From Cyanophora paradoxa CCMP329 (Eukaryota > Plantae > Glaucophyta), in NCBI GenBank assembly GCA_004431415.1, contig QPMI01000649.1:1-64000 (forward strand): a DNA stretch of 64,000 nt. The letters run 5' to 3'. This document shows, one piece after another, positions 34,501 to 50,400 of this stretch; position 1 is the first letter of the stretch; every line of letters begins with the position of its first letter. Position numbers and translations under genes: made by a program. A model generated the notes under the pieces. That model made no database searches, had not been told where the DNA came from, and was given only the letters and a program-made list of their open reading frames with translations.

Positions 34501-36184
34501 GGCCAGTTCGAGAATTAGCCATGATCACGAACATTACCTACAGAATATAAAACGTAACACCAAATGCGCATGCGCACCGCATGCATTTTTCACAGTTGCA
34601 TATGTCCATGGGCTCGCGATCGGGCTCCGAGTCAGACGTCGACCCCGAGCTTAAGCTCGAGCTATAATCCGTATCCTAGATAGCGCTGTCATGATCAGTA
34701 TCGACGCCGGCCGGCATCATGATCAATGCAGCTGCAGGCACAGGCACCTCGAGCTCGGTAGTCTCCTCGAGCTCGATATCGGAATCGCGATCGGCCTCGA
34801 GCTCGAGCTCGACCCCTTGGTTCACGGCCGCATCGCACTCCGCCTGCAGATTGCTCGTCTGCGCGTGCACATGTGTCAGCGTCGGGATCGGGTGCATTGT
34901 GCTGCAGCTGTATGGATCTGGTCTTCGTTGTGCCATTTGCATGGCCATAATGGCTTACCCACGTTAAGGCGCCAGCGCGAGGTATTTGAGCTATCGCGTT
35001 TGCAATTGCAGCCGCGGCCGTGATATCACGGGACCCGCGGCCATCGCCATGGCCGCGGCTCTGGCCTCGGGGGCCCGCGGGCGCCACCGACGGCAACGGG
35101 TCCATAACCGCTAGCAGCCCGCCCGATCCTGAATTCAGTCACGATCGCGATGCCATGATCAGCGGCATCATCAGCCGCAGTGCCGTCTCAAGCGGCCGCG
35201 GTCGGCGCGCGCGCGCTCGCACCTCTGAGCCCGAAGCCCGGCGGCCGCCGGCGGATCTCTGCAGCTGCAGCTGGATCTCTAGATCTCTCGGCGCGTCCGC
35301 TTCGCCGGGTCCAGACTCGCACGCTCAACAGATCTAGATTGATGCGCTCCTGCAACGGGGATCAGCTAGCGCAGCTGCATGCGCAGCTGGCCATGGGGCC
35401 ATGGCCAGCGCTTCGCCGCGCGCGCTCGCACCTAACCCGAACTTGCGACCACGCTGTCGTCCACGGCGACCACGCTGGATCCAGCTGCAGGCTCACACGC
35501 TCAACAGAGTGATCCTAGGCCTAGGCCTGCGCAACGGCTACTGTCCATGGATGATGAGCTGCAGCTGCGCATGCAGCTGGCCACGGCCATATGCATGGAG
35601 CGCTAGCTATATAGCACGTGCACTACTAGGCTAGCGCGCTAGCGCTTCCAGATCTAGATCTAGACGTGTGCGCGCGCGCTCGCACCGAGACCGAACTCGC
35701 CAGGTGCACGGGATGAAAAGACGGATTGGTCGAACATGCTCGGCACCGGGATCAGCTAGCTGCAGACTGGGATCAGCACTAGAATCTTCGCCGCGCGCAC
35801 GCGCGCGCGCGCTTCACCGAGCGCTCTTCACCGGCGTCATCTGTATCGATATCTCTGTCTTAAACTTCTTTGGAGCTCAAACTATCGAGCTAGGAGGCCT
35901 CCGCAGCGCGCCCGTGCGCATGCGCTGCTCTCCCGCTTCTGCGCTCCCAGCGCGCGCCACCGCGACGCACTCGACCTGCTGGTGCGCCCGCACGAGGCGT
36001 CGACGTACCTGCGCTTCGAGCGCGACGTCGTCGACGGATATGCTGCTGTGCTCCACGCTGGCAGCTTGCCCTTCCGAGTTCGTACCCCCCTCCCCCCGGC
36101 CCCCCCCCCGCCCATAAGAGCCTAAGAATGAACGTTGACTGCGTGCATTGCACTGCGGCTTGCACCCATTGGCGACAGCACTGG

Positions 36185-38427
36185 CTACACTTCCTCGCGG
36201 TCCCCCTGCCTGCCCGGCCCCGCCCCGCTCCGCGCCGCCGCGCCCCGCGCCCCCGCCGCCGACCCGACGCCCCCTCCTCCCCCGCCGCTCTCCGCGTCCG
36301 CCCGGTCCTCCTCCTCCTCCCCCGCCTCTTCCGGGGGCAGCGAGTCCCCCAGGGAGCCGCCCCACATGCCCGGCGCGTCGCCCTGCTTCCAGGCCAGCAG
36401 CAGCACCGGCGAGAGCGTGCTCGGCACCAGGTACTGCCGAGGAACGGGCATCAGATCAGGCTGAGCTTGGAAGGACCGGAAGGATCAAGCTCGCACCAGG
36501 AGGGCAGGCTGCGCGACCCCGTACACAAAGGAAGCAACGAAGGCGCACGCGACGCCAACCGCGTATCCCCCCACCGACACGCGGAAGTACGGGGTACCGG
36601 GCTGCTCGGGGTACGTGAATCAGCGGTGAATCGACCGGGAAAAAGCATGCGGGAAGTCACATGCCTTGCCCGCGGCCAAGGCGCCCCGCAGACGGCTCTC
36701 AAATCGCAGGGCGTACGATATTAGCAGCCCAGGGATCGCCTGTTGGGGGAGGGGGTATGTCATTATCCCCGGGGTATACGGCGGTGCGGGGATAAAAGTC
36801 AGGGGGCGCACGATGTCACCGAGACCTGCCACGTGAGAGGATAGGCATCAGATTGTGGGGGGATTGGAGGGGGGGGGGGGAAGAGGGGGGGAAGAGGGGG
36901 GGGCCGGGGGGGGGGGGGGGGGGGGGGGGGCGCGGGGGCGGGCGCACCGAGCATGAGGGCGCCTTTCTCGGGGTCCGCCCAGATCAGGTCCCGGGGTACG
37001 ATGAGCTTGACCTGCGGATCAGCAATTAAGCGCGAGAAGATATGGCTCGGAAGCGCCGAAGGGTAGAGGGAAGGGGGGGGGGTACCGGCAGCTGCAGCTC
37101 CGCAACGGGTTGGAGAGCCTTTGGAACCTGCGGAAGGCGGCCTCAGGGGGATACAAGCTCGGATTGGGGGGTACGAGCCTTCAGGACCTCGGCGAGCTTC
37201 TGGGCCGGGTTCTGGGTCGGCTGCGGGGGTACGGCGTCAGAGACGGGTTGCGGGGGCTACCCGTCGCGCCCGCCCGCCCGTGCACCTGCGTTGCGACCTT
37301 GACCCTGGGAAAGAAAGGAGAGGCGTCAAGGACGGGGGGAGGGCGTCAGAAGGGGGGTACGCGCACATGACGTTCTCGCCGAAGAGGGGCTTGGAGTAGA
37401 AAACCCAGAATACGTCGTAGAAGAACCTGGAAGGGGTATCGGAAAGGAGAAGGGGGGGGCAGGGGGGGGGGGCAGGGGGCAGGGGGGTAGCGCACAGGGC
37501 GCCCAGGAGGATGGTGGCGACCTGTGCGGCGGCGGGCGCGGTGAGCGCGCGCGAGAGAATGAGCACCAGATGGCACGGAGTCGATTTAGTATAGAGAGGC
37601 CTCGTGGTCGTGCGGCGCAGCACCTTTATGTTTGGGAGGCGCAGGAAGGAGCAGCAGCCGATGCAGAGGGCGCAGCCTGCCGCCCCGGGCGTCGGCCCGG
37701 GTCCCAGGGGGTACGCGCGCGCCGCGCGGACCGATCAAATTGTTAAGGATGTAGTGACCCGAGAAGAGCCACAGGAGAATCACGCCAATCGCCGCGGACA
37801 CGACGCTGCGGGGTACCGGATCGTGGGCCCGGGCGCGGGGAGAGGGGTAGGTTCCCTTCCGAGGGCGTACCTCGTGTCGCGGGAGCCCTCGGGGACGTAG
37901 GCGGTGAGGGGGTACAGCGCGTAAGCGACGGCGCCGCCCGCGCTGAGGCACACTGTGTGTCGCGGGAGCGGATCAGCGGACGAATTAAGGGGGCGGGGCG
38001 GGCGCGGGCGGGTTCGGGCGCGGGCGTGCCCGACATCGTGATGATCATTTGAATGGCGGTCAGGTGAAACAGGAAGAAGAAGAACAGGAGGGAGGCCGAG
38101 CCCAGGACGGGGAACATCAGCTGCGCGACCGGCGCGTTGGAGTGGGCGGGGCGGGAAACTCGACTGCGGAGGAGGCGGGGCGGGGCGGGGCGGGGCGGTG
38201 CGGACCGCGTTCGAGGACGAGATGCTCTGCACCGTGAGCTCCAGATCGCGGCGCTTGCGGACCAGCGCTTCGAACTCGGAGGCGCGCTTCGCGGCGACGA
38301 TCACCGTGCCCACAGCGAGCGAGAAGAGCACGAGCGTCGGCGGCTCCAGGAGCGGCCTGCGCGAGAGCTTGAGCGCCGGTCCTGCCGCCGCGGCCGCATA
38401 CGTGTGTACGCACCCGAGGGACGGCAT
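36185..38427 (-). CDS. Signal peptide peptidase-like aspartyl protease (family A22B, SPPL3-like)
   Basis: FFYDVFWVF, GENVM, LQLPVKL, GLGDI, AIPGLL, QPAL and YLVP motifs spread across exons. Confidence 0.88.
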
Positions 38428-38692
38428 TGTGGCCCACGCGGCGGTCTCCGCCCTGCTTCCTCGCACTCAACCTTCAGCGCCAGATCAGCGTGAGCAGCTG
38501 CGGGCAGCGCTGCGGCGCGCAGTACCGTAGCCGGGAGAACGAGGGGCGAGCCAAGCCGTGTGATAAGCTGCGCGCCGGCTCTACGGAACTCCGGCAGCTC
38601 CGAATGCGTTCTCCCGAGCGTCGCGCGTCACAGATTGTCGCGAATCAGCGAGGCGAACCAGGACTTTGGGGGTACAGCGGAAGAAGGGGGCC

Positions 38693-41864
<3,172 letters not shown>

Positions 41865-42635
41865 CCCCCTCCTCCGCTCCGCACCCCCACTAGCCCGCCC
41901 CATCGCCTCCAAACCGAACCCCACCCGGCCCCGATCCTTGCTGCTTGTTTCATTATGCAGTTTCAATACATTTTTTTTTGGTGCAGTTTCAATACAGCCT
42001 CACGCTCCTCGAGCCCTGTCCTTGCTGCTATCGGGCGCTGCTCCCTGGGACCGACTCGCGCGCCGCGGCGCCGGCGTTGGCCCTCGCCGCCAGATGGGCC
42101 GCTGTGCTCAGCCGCCCCGAACGCAGCACGATTGCGCCGGCCACAATCCCCACGCTGATGCAGAAGCCTGCGAGCAGGGGTTAACTTTGGGGCGAACAGA
42201 GCGGCCCGCGGGCCGCGCCTGCGATAGCGATGCCGTCTCGCAGCTCGCTTCCGTGTTTCTGTAGCCCGCGCTCGATCGACTGCCCGATCTCGGTGCCGAT
42301 GAGCCTCGCATGCGCCTCGGAGACATCGGCTACGTTGCGCTTGCCAGACGCCAGCAGCTCCGCCGCCCACGCCTTTGCGGACGCTGCGCGTACGTCGAAT
42401 CGGGCCGCGAGGCGCCGCGGAGCACGCGCGCGGGTGTCGGCAGCGCACTGACGGGGTCGTCATCCTCCTTCCGTGCTCCCGAGCCCTCGCCGGTGCCGCC
42501 CTTCGCGTCCGCGCCGCCCGCCTCCTTCTTGCCGCCCCACACGGGCATCGAAGCCGATGGTAGCTGGCGGCTTTGCCGGACTTGGCAGACTTGGCACTGA
42601 CTTGCGTTGGCCAGGGTAGATCAAATCTTTTTCGG

Positions 42636-45600
42636 ATGGCGTTCTCAGCAGGCTTCTCGGCGAGTGAGCTGCTCGGGGCGCGCGTACGTGCGCCAGCGAC
42701 GTTCCATGCATCTTCGAGCTGCAGCTGGCAGCCCGCCACGGCACTGGCCGAGCATACTGCGACTCGAGGCAAACAGGGCGGCAAGCGCCGAGCGGGCGGC
42801 TCGAAGGTGAGCTAGCGCGCATCGATCGTCGTCATCGCTTCGGCTCACTCCAACTCGCAGGCGGCGAAGAAGGCCGCGATCGAAGCAAAGGTCAAGCCGC
42901 AGCTCAGCGAGGATGGGAAGTACGAGCGTTGGCGCGTCTTTGATGTGAAGCTCCCCTTGGATGCTGACGAAGCCACGGAGCTCCAGCGCCAGGTTCGCGT
43001 CCGCCCGATTCTTTCGATCAGCGGGGTCTTTCGCATCCCGCCTCCGGTCCTCTGCAGTGCAGCATCTTAAGATCGATCGAACCGTTAGCTACGATGCACA
43101 GACAACCTGTAGAAGCGCTTTTCGAACCGCCGCGCCCCCCTAGAGGAAGCGCTTGCCCCGCCTCGCGCGCCGGCGCCCGCACTGGCTTGGCAGAATCCCT
43201 CTCTGACCCGCCGCGCCCCTCTCGGCGCACCCGCAGGTCGTTGCCCGGGTTTCCCCGTGCGCGCTCTCGCCCGGCTCCATCAAGGACATGCGGAACATGA
43301 AGATCGTCCGCCGCGCATTCGACGCTCGGAAAGAGGAGTGCAAGTGGACATACGTAGGCAAGCGAGCCGCCAGCCGCGGGCCGCTCCGACCGCCCACCAT
43401 GGCCCGCACGCCGCTAAACGCGGCGTCTCCGTGCGCAGTCGACGTCGACATGCCCGCGGCTGCGCGGCTGCGGGAGCGGCAGAACCGCACTGCGCCCGCG
43501 CCGCCGCCCAACGTGCAGCCCTCTTCGCGCGTCGGCGAGGGGCACACGGGGGAGCGCGTGGTGGTGGTCGGGGCCGGCCCCGCCGGCCTGGTGCGCCCCG
43601 CCGTACCCCGTTTCGCACCTCTGGCGGCGCCGACGGGGTGCGCAGTTCGCGGCGCTTCGGCTGGCGCGGGCGGGCCTTAAGGTGACGCTGCTGGACCGCG
43701 GCAAGCCCGTCGAAAGGCGCGGCGCCGACATCGGATCGCTCTTCCACCGCGCCAAGGTCCTTCATGGCACACGTACCCCCCTCGCCGCCTCGTTGACGCA
43801 CCCGACGCAGCTCAACGCGGAGTCGAACCTCTGCTACGGCGGTGCACGCTGTACCCCCCTGCGCCTCGCCCTTCCTTCCTCACCCGTATCCCCTCTCAGA
43901 GGGCGGGGCCGGCACCTGGTCCGACGGGAAGCTCACGACGCGCGTGCACGCGGGCGAGGTCCGTTGCCGTACCCCTCCTACGCTGCGCCGTCCCCCCTCC
44001 GATCTTTCCCGTACCCCACGCAGGTGCGGACGGTCCTGGAGACGCTGGTGGAGTTCGGGGCCCCCGAGCACATCCTCACGGAGGGCAAGCCCCACCTGGG
44101 TACGCCTTTACGCCTCTCTGCGCCCCCTCGCCCCCCGCGGGCCGGTCTAACCGTCCGCCCGCCCGCTTCCCCGCTCGCCCCGGCGCGCCGCGCCGCAGGG
44201 ACGGACCGGCTGGTGAAGATCCTGAAGGGCTTCCGGGCGGCCCTGCTCGAGCTCGGCGTCGACGTTCGGTGCGCCCGCGCCCCACCCCGTCACGCACCCG
44301 GCGGCCCGCTGCCCCGCGGAGACGACTTAGGAAAGGCTACGAGGCTTCAATCTGGTCCAAGCCGCTCTAAAGAGCCCTCCACCCTCGCAGGTTCGACTCG
44401 CGGATGGAGGACCTGGAGGTGGGCCCCGACGGGGCCGTCCGCGGCGTCGCCGTCTCCCGCACCGGGCCCGACGGGTGCGCCCCCCCCCCCCCCCCCGCCC
44501 CCTCCCCCCCCCTCCTCTCCTCTCTGACCTCGCTCGATCCGGAAGGGAGTCGTACCCTGTGGAGCACCTCCCGGCCGACCGCGTCGTCCTCGCGGTGCGC
44601 TGAACTTGGAGAGAGGGAGGGAGGGCGTGAGCTCTTGAAGCCGGCCGCCCTCTGTTCCTCGCTCTGAGGCGGTGCCTGCCGGCCCCCTCGGCGCAGGTGG
44701 GCCACTCGGCGCGGGACGTGTACGAGCGCCTCCGCGAGCGCGGCGTCGCCATCGCCCCCAAGGCCTTCGGTCCGCCCCCGCCCCGCCCCGCCCGCCCCGC
44801 CCCCCCCCCCCCCCCCCCCCCCCCCTCTCTTTCCCCGCGCCCTCCTATCCCCACCCTTCCCGCCGCCTTCGCTTCGACCTCGTGCGGACCCGCCATTCGT
44901 CTCAACCCCATGCGCCCTGCCCTGCCCCCCCCCCCCCCCCCCCCCCCCCCCAGCCCCCGCCGCCCCCGCCCTTCCATCCCTTCTCCCCCCCCCCTTCCCC
45001 ACGCCCCCCCCTCCCCTCCCCCCCCTTTCCCCTCACATTCCGACGCCCGGGCGCCCCGTCGCAGCGGTGGGCTTCCGGATCGAGCACCCGCAGGAGCTCA
45101 TCAACCGCATTCAGTACGGCGCCCAGGCCGCCCACCCCGCCGTCCCCGTCGGCGCGCCTTTCTTCCCCGCCATCCCGGCCCCCGCCCCCCTTTAAGACTC
45201 GCGCCTCGACCCGCAGCGGACTACCGGCTGGCGACGCAGGTGGAGGACGGACGGGGCGAGGAGCGCGCCGTCTACTCCTTCTGCATGTGCCCCGGCGGCC
45301 AGGTACGTCCGACCCCTCGATCCATGCATCCATCTCTCTGCAGCTGCAGCTGTCGCCTCACGCGGCGCGGGGCGGGGCGCGCCGGGCAGATCGTGGTGAC
45401 GAGCACGACGGAGGAGGAGCTCTGCCTCAACGGAATGTCCTTCTCCCGCCGCGACTCCCGCTGGGCAAACTCCGCCCTCGTCCGCCCGCCCCGCCACGCC
45501 CCGCCCCGCCCCGCCCCACCCCGCCCCGCCCCGCCCCGCCCCGCCCCGGATCGGTTCTTGATCCGCGGCCGGCCGCAGGTGGTCTCGGTGGCGCCGGGGG

Positions 45601-46770
45601 ACTTCGCGGAGTGGGGCGGGGCCGACCCCCAGGACCCGTGCGCCCCCGGGGCCAGCGAGACGGGCCCGGGCCGGCTAACCCGCGGCCGGGCAGGCTGGCG
45701 GGGGTGGCGTTCCAGCGGGCCATGGAGCGCAAGGCGGCGGCCCTCGGCGGCGGTGCGCGCCGGCGTCTAGAGGCGGGGGGGAGGCGGGCGGGCTCACCAG
45801 GGCGGGGGGGGCGGGGGCAGGGGCCTTCCGGGCGCCGGCGCAGCTGGCGACGGACTTCATGGAGGGGCGCCCCTCCCAAGAGCTCCCCAAGACCAGGTCC
45901 GTAGATGCCAAGTATAAGTATAGAATCTGTAGCTCACCCATAGAGAGTCGACCGCTAATTATAAGTATAGAATCTGTAGCTCACCCTAAGTAAGAGTCTA
46001 TAGAAGCAATCCCTCAAGGGGCCACCATAGAAGCCATGTAGAATCTCCGCATCCGGCCAGGCCGCGCGGTCGACTGACCGCGGCCGGCCGGGGCCGGGGC
46101 GGGGCGGGGCGGCAGCTACCGGCTGGGGGTCGCCTCGCAGCGCTGCGACGAGATCTTCGCCCCGCCCGTCACAGAGGTCCCCCCCCCCCCCGCGCCCTCC
46201 CCGGGGCTCTCCGGCTCGGCTCCTCGGGCCGACGGGGCGGGGCGGCAGGCGCTGAGGGCGGCGCTCCTCCGCTTCGACCGCTCCATGCCGGGGTGCGCCC
46301 TCGAGGGGGCGGGGCGGGGCCTAGGCCTTGGCAGGCGACTGCGGGTCCCGGCCCCGGCCCCGGCCTCGAGCTCGCCCGGACGGCCCCCGATCGACCGGGC
46401 GGCGCGCAGGTTCCTGTGCGAGCACGCGGTGCTCCACGGCGTCGAGACCCGCACCAGCGCCCCCGTCCAGGCCCGCACGTACCCCCCTCCGTCGACGTCC
46501 CTTCTCTGCTGTACCCCCTCCCTCCCTCCCCCCTCACGCCCCGCCGCGCGCGCCCGCAGATCACGCGGGACGGGGCGAGCCTGCAGTCCCTCTCGACGCC
46601 GGGCCTGTACCCCTCCGGAGAGGTGCCCCGCCGTGCTTCGGAGATCCGGTGCCCGTCTCATTCGATGGGCATGCGCAGGGGCGGGTACGCGGGGGGATCG
46701 TCTCGGCGGCGGTGGACGGGCTGCGGATCGCGGAGCGCATAGTCGCGGAGCTCGCTCCCTCCCGGTTTAG
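42636..46770 (+). CDS. FAD-dependent oxidoreductase (COG2509-like) with putative plastid transit peptide
   Basis: VVVVGAGPAGL, EGGAGTWSDGKL, GKPHLGTDRL, VGHSARD, VGFRIEHPQ, YSFCMCPGG, ETRTSAPVQI and GYAGGIVSAAVDG. N-terminus MAFSAGFS. Confidence 0.88.
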
Positions 46771-47433
46771 CGTCCGGCAGCCGTAAACGAAGCCCCGCGC
46801 GCGATATCGATCGATGCCGTGCGGTCCGTGATCATGATGCGATATACATCACGATGACTCAGTCCTTGAGGGCGTTGACGCCGATGGAACGCCGCTCGCG
46901 TAAGCATGCGCACGTGCGCGTGCGCGGCGCAGTCGACTTCGCAATTGGATCCGATGATCCGATGATCGCGATATCGATATCGACCGATATCGAGTCGGCG
47001 ATCTGATCATGCATATGAGAGGCGCCGGCTTAAGCTTTGAGAGCTCGAAAGAGTTCTAGTCGCCGAGTCGACGTCGAGGCGGGCCGGGCCGCGGCCGATT
47101 ATCGGAATTCGAAGATAATCGGCGACGTCGACGGCTGGCGTATGCCAGCTGCAGTATGTTACGGTATACGTATATATGTACAAGTACACGCGCGCGTACG
47201 CGTACGTGCGCGTTGTTGTTGCTGTGAAGCGCTTGAAGCCAGAACTTGAAGAGCCGGTGGCGGCCGCGGATTCAATCGCTGTGCCAATGGGGGGTACTGG
47301 AGAGCCGGGCGGAGGGGGGGGAGAAGGTCGGTGCCGACTCACGCCCTGAGCTGTCGCTTAGCTGCCTCTGCTCCAGTGCCGGGAGCGCGTGCTCCGGGAA
47401 TCCGGGATCCTCGCGGGCATAAAGCAGCAGCAC

Positions 47434-50400
47434 ATGCGGCTCGACGGGAGGGTACGCGCTGGCTCGGCGGCTGCGCCTCGCGCGGGCCGTGCTGGTCCGG
47501 GGACGCTCGCCCTACGGGCCTGCGTCGTGGCGGCGCTGGTCTACGCGGCAGCCGCGCAGATGTCGATGCGATGGCTCGTGGGTGCCGAGCAACGACGCGT
47601 GCGTCGTGAACCCGGGAGCGACACTGCACGAACTACGTCCTCACGACGCCGACGGCCAACGCGGACCTTAACAACCTCTGCACGGCGATGAGCTTCATGT
47701 GCGGCCGCTTTCCCGGCGCCGCAGCGTCGCGCGCGCTGCTTCGCGCACGCCCACGGAGCCCGTCGATCGACTTCATTGATCGCGCTGCCGCGCAGGTCGG
47801 CTGCTCCGTGCGCTCGGCGTGCTACGAACGCGTCAACTCCGCGGGGTCGCCCTCTGCGATCCGGTCGGCCCGCTCGCAGCGATCTGCTCGAACGACGGGT
47901 GCGCCGCGTCGGCCTCCGCCGGCCCGCGCGCGTCCCCACGCTCCCTGACGCGTCCGGCCGGCGCGCAGCACCATGTACAAGATGCAGGGGTGCGGCAACT
48001 GGAACCGCATGTGCAACATGACCGCGCCGACGTCGTCCCAGGTCGCGTCGGTACGCCGCCGCACATTTGATCCCGCCGCGGCGCCGCCGGGCGCGCGCCC
48101 CGTGACGCGGAGCCGGCGCGCCAGTGCTCCTACTACGCGAACGCGGCGAAGCCCCTGCTCTCCACCTCGATCGTGCGCGCCCGCTGTACCCCCGCCCTCC
48201 TCCCCCTCCACCCCCCTCCCGCCCCGCCCCTGCCTTCCGACCGCCCCGGCCCGCGCGCGCAGGTCAATGCCCAAGTGCAGGCGATCTGCAACGACCACTA
48301 TATGGCCGAGTGCGTCGCCCGAGCCCTTCCGCCCGCGTGCCGCGCCGCGCCGCCCCGGCTGATCCGCCCCGGCAGCTGCGACCTGTGCATGCCGAAGAAG
48401 GTCGGCGAGTGGCTCCGCTGCGATATCATGTCCGTCTACGGAAAGGTGCCTAAGTTTCCTTTCCTTCTGCTGCCCCCGGCGGGCCCCTCCGCCCCCCGCG
48501 CCGTCCCTCGAGCGCCCCCTCCTTCCGCAGCTCTGCGCCGCCATGCCCGAGATGCCGCAGTGCTCCTACTGGTCCACCTCCTGCGCCGCCGTGCGCCCGC
48601 CCGCCCGCCCCCGGCTCAACCCCGCTCACCATCACCTCCCTGCCGGGCAGCTCCCCGGGGCGTGGCCCGAGTTCGGGTGCCCCGAAAAGACCGCCGCCTC
48701 TTCGTCCACGACGACCTCCGCGACCGCCGCGGGCACGACGGGCGTCCTCACCTGGGCGCCCCTCGCCGCGCCCTGCCTCGCCAACCCCTCCGCGGTCCGT
48801 GCCGCTCCGTTGCCGGCCCCCACCGCCTCCCTCACGCCCGCCCGCCCGCCCGCCCCCCTCGCAGGCGGACTGCGCGCCGTACATGCTCCCCGCCGCGACT
48901 GTTAAGGCCGACACCGACAACCTCTGCCAGGCCATGTCCTTCATGCGCGCCGCACCCCTCCGCCTGCCTCCCAGCAGCGACCTCAGCTGGTCCTGATCGA
49001 CCGCACCGCAGGGTCGGGTGCTCGCTGCGCAGCGCGTGCGCCGCGAAGGGCACCGCCGCGTCGGGCGTCGCGACGTGCGACGCGGCGGCGCCCATGGCCG
49101 CCGTCTGCGCCAACGACGGGTGCGGCGCGGCCCTCTTGGCCACCTAACTACCTACCCTGGCCTCCTCCTCTTCCTCACGCGGCGCGGCGGGCGGGCAGGA
49201 TGATGAGCAGGATGCAGGGGTGCGGCAACTGGAACCGCATGTGCAACGCCACGGCGGGCAGCGTCGTCGCCGCCGTGCGTCCTGGCCCCGCCCTGAGGGC
49301 TAGATCTAGACCCGGGCCTCCCTTGGAGCCGAGCCGAGCCCGGGCTTGACTCCGGATCCGCGGCCCGCCTGCAGTGCGCGAACCTCACGGCGACCACAAA
49401 GGCCCTCCCGACCTCCGACGCGGTGCGTGCCGCCGCCTCTCTGTCTGGTTGTTTGCACGCGGGGCCGGGCTCCCGGCGGCTTGTGGCGTCTCCTGATCGC
49501 TCCGCGCAGGTCAACGGGTTCGTTCAGGCGATCTGCGCTAACGACAGCTCCCTCGCCGGGTCCGCTTCTGTTTCGGCCCCGCTCTCGCAGCGGCCGCCGA
49601 CGCCGACCGCGCCCCGCGCCCCGCGCCCCGCGGCCGCAGCTGCTCGGACTGCCCCAAGGTCGGCGCCTGGCTCCGCTGCGACATCATGAAGACGTACGGC
49701 AAGGTCCGTCCGTCCGGGCGCTGTGTCTTGGACGCCGCGCGTTGTATCTGAAGCGCCGGGGGCGCAGCTGTGCGCCCAGCGGCCCGGCATGCCGCAGTGC
49801 GCGTCCTGGGCCTCGACCTGCGAGGCCGTGCGCCCGCCCCGCCCCGCCCCCGCGCTCACTTAAAAACGAGACGCGCCTGACGCGGGGCGCGCCGACGCAG
49901 CTGCCCGGCAACTGGCCCGAGTTCAGCTGCCCGACCAAGGCGGCCACGTCCGTCGTGGCGGCGACCGACGCCTGCATCAAGGACCCCACCCAGGTGCCTC
50001 GATTTCAAGCGCTCATAATCTTATAAGAATGTACCTGAGCCGCCGACTTCTTCCTTTGCCGCAGGCGTCGTGCTCGTCCTACGTCATGCCCGCCTCGACG
50101 GTCGCCGCCGGCATCGACTCCCTCTGCACCGCCATGCCCTTCATGTCCGCTGATTTGATCCCTCGTCCGCGGCCGCCGGCGCCTCCCTCCCGCTCTGAAC
50201 GAAGGCCAGGGTCGGGTGCTCGCTGAAGACGGCGTGCGCGGCGCGCTCGGCGGGCGGGAGCGGCGCCCTGTGCGACCCCATCGCGCCCATGGCCGCCGTC
50301 TGCTCCAACGACGGGTGCGGGGGGGCCGGGCCCGCCCCCAGGCCATCCCGCTGACGCGCGCCGCGCGCCCCCAGGACGATGTACAAGATGCAGGGGTGCG

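Noticed and set aside
35880-36120. Possible coding fragment (RHRDALDLLVRPHEASTYLRFERDVVDG)
   Set aside because: No start, partner exons or recognisable homology could be established.
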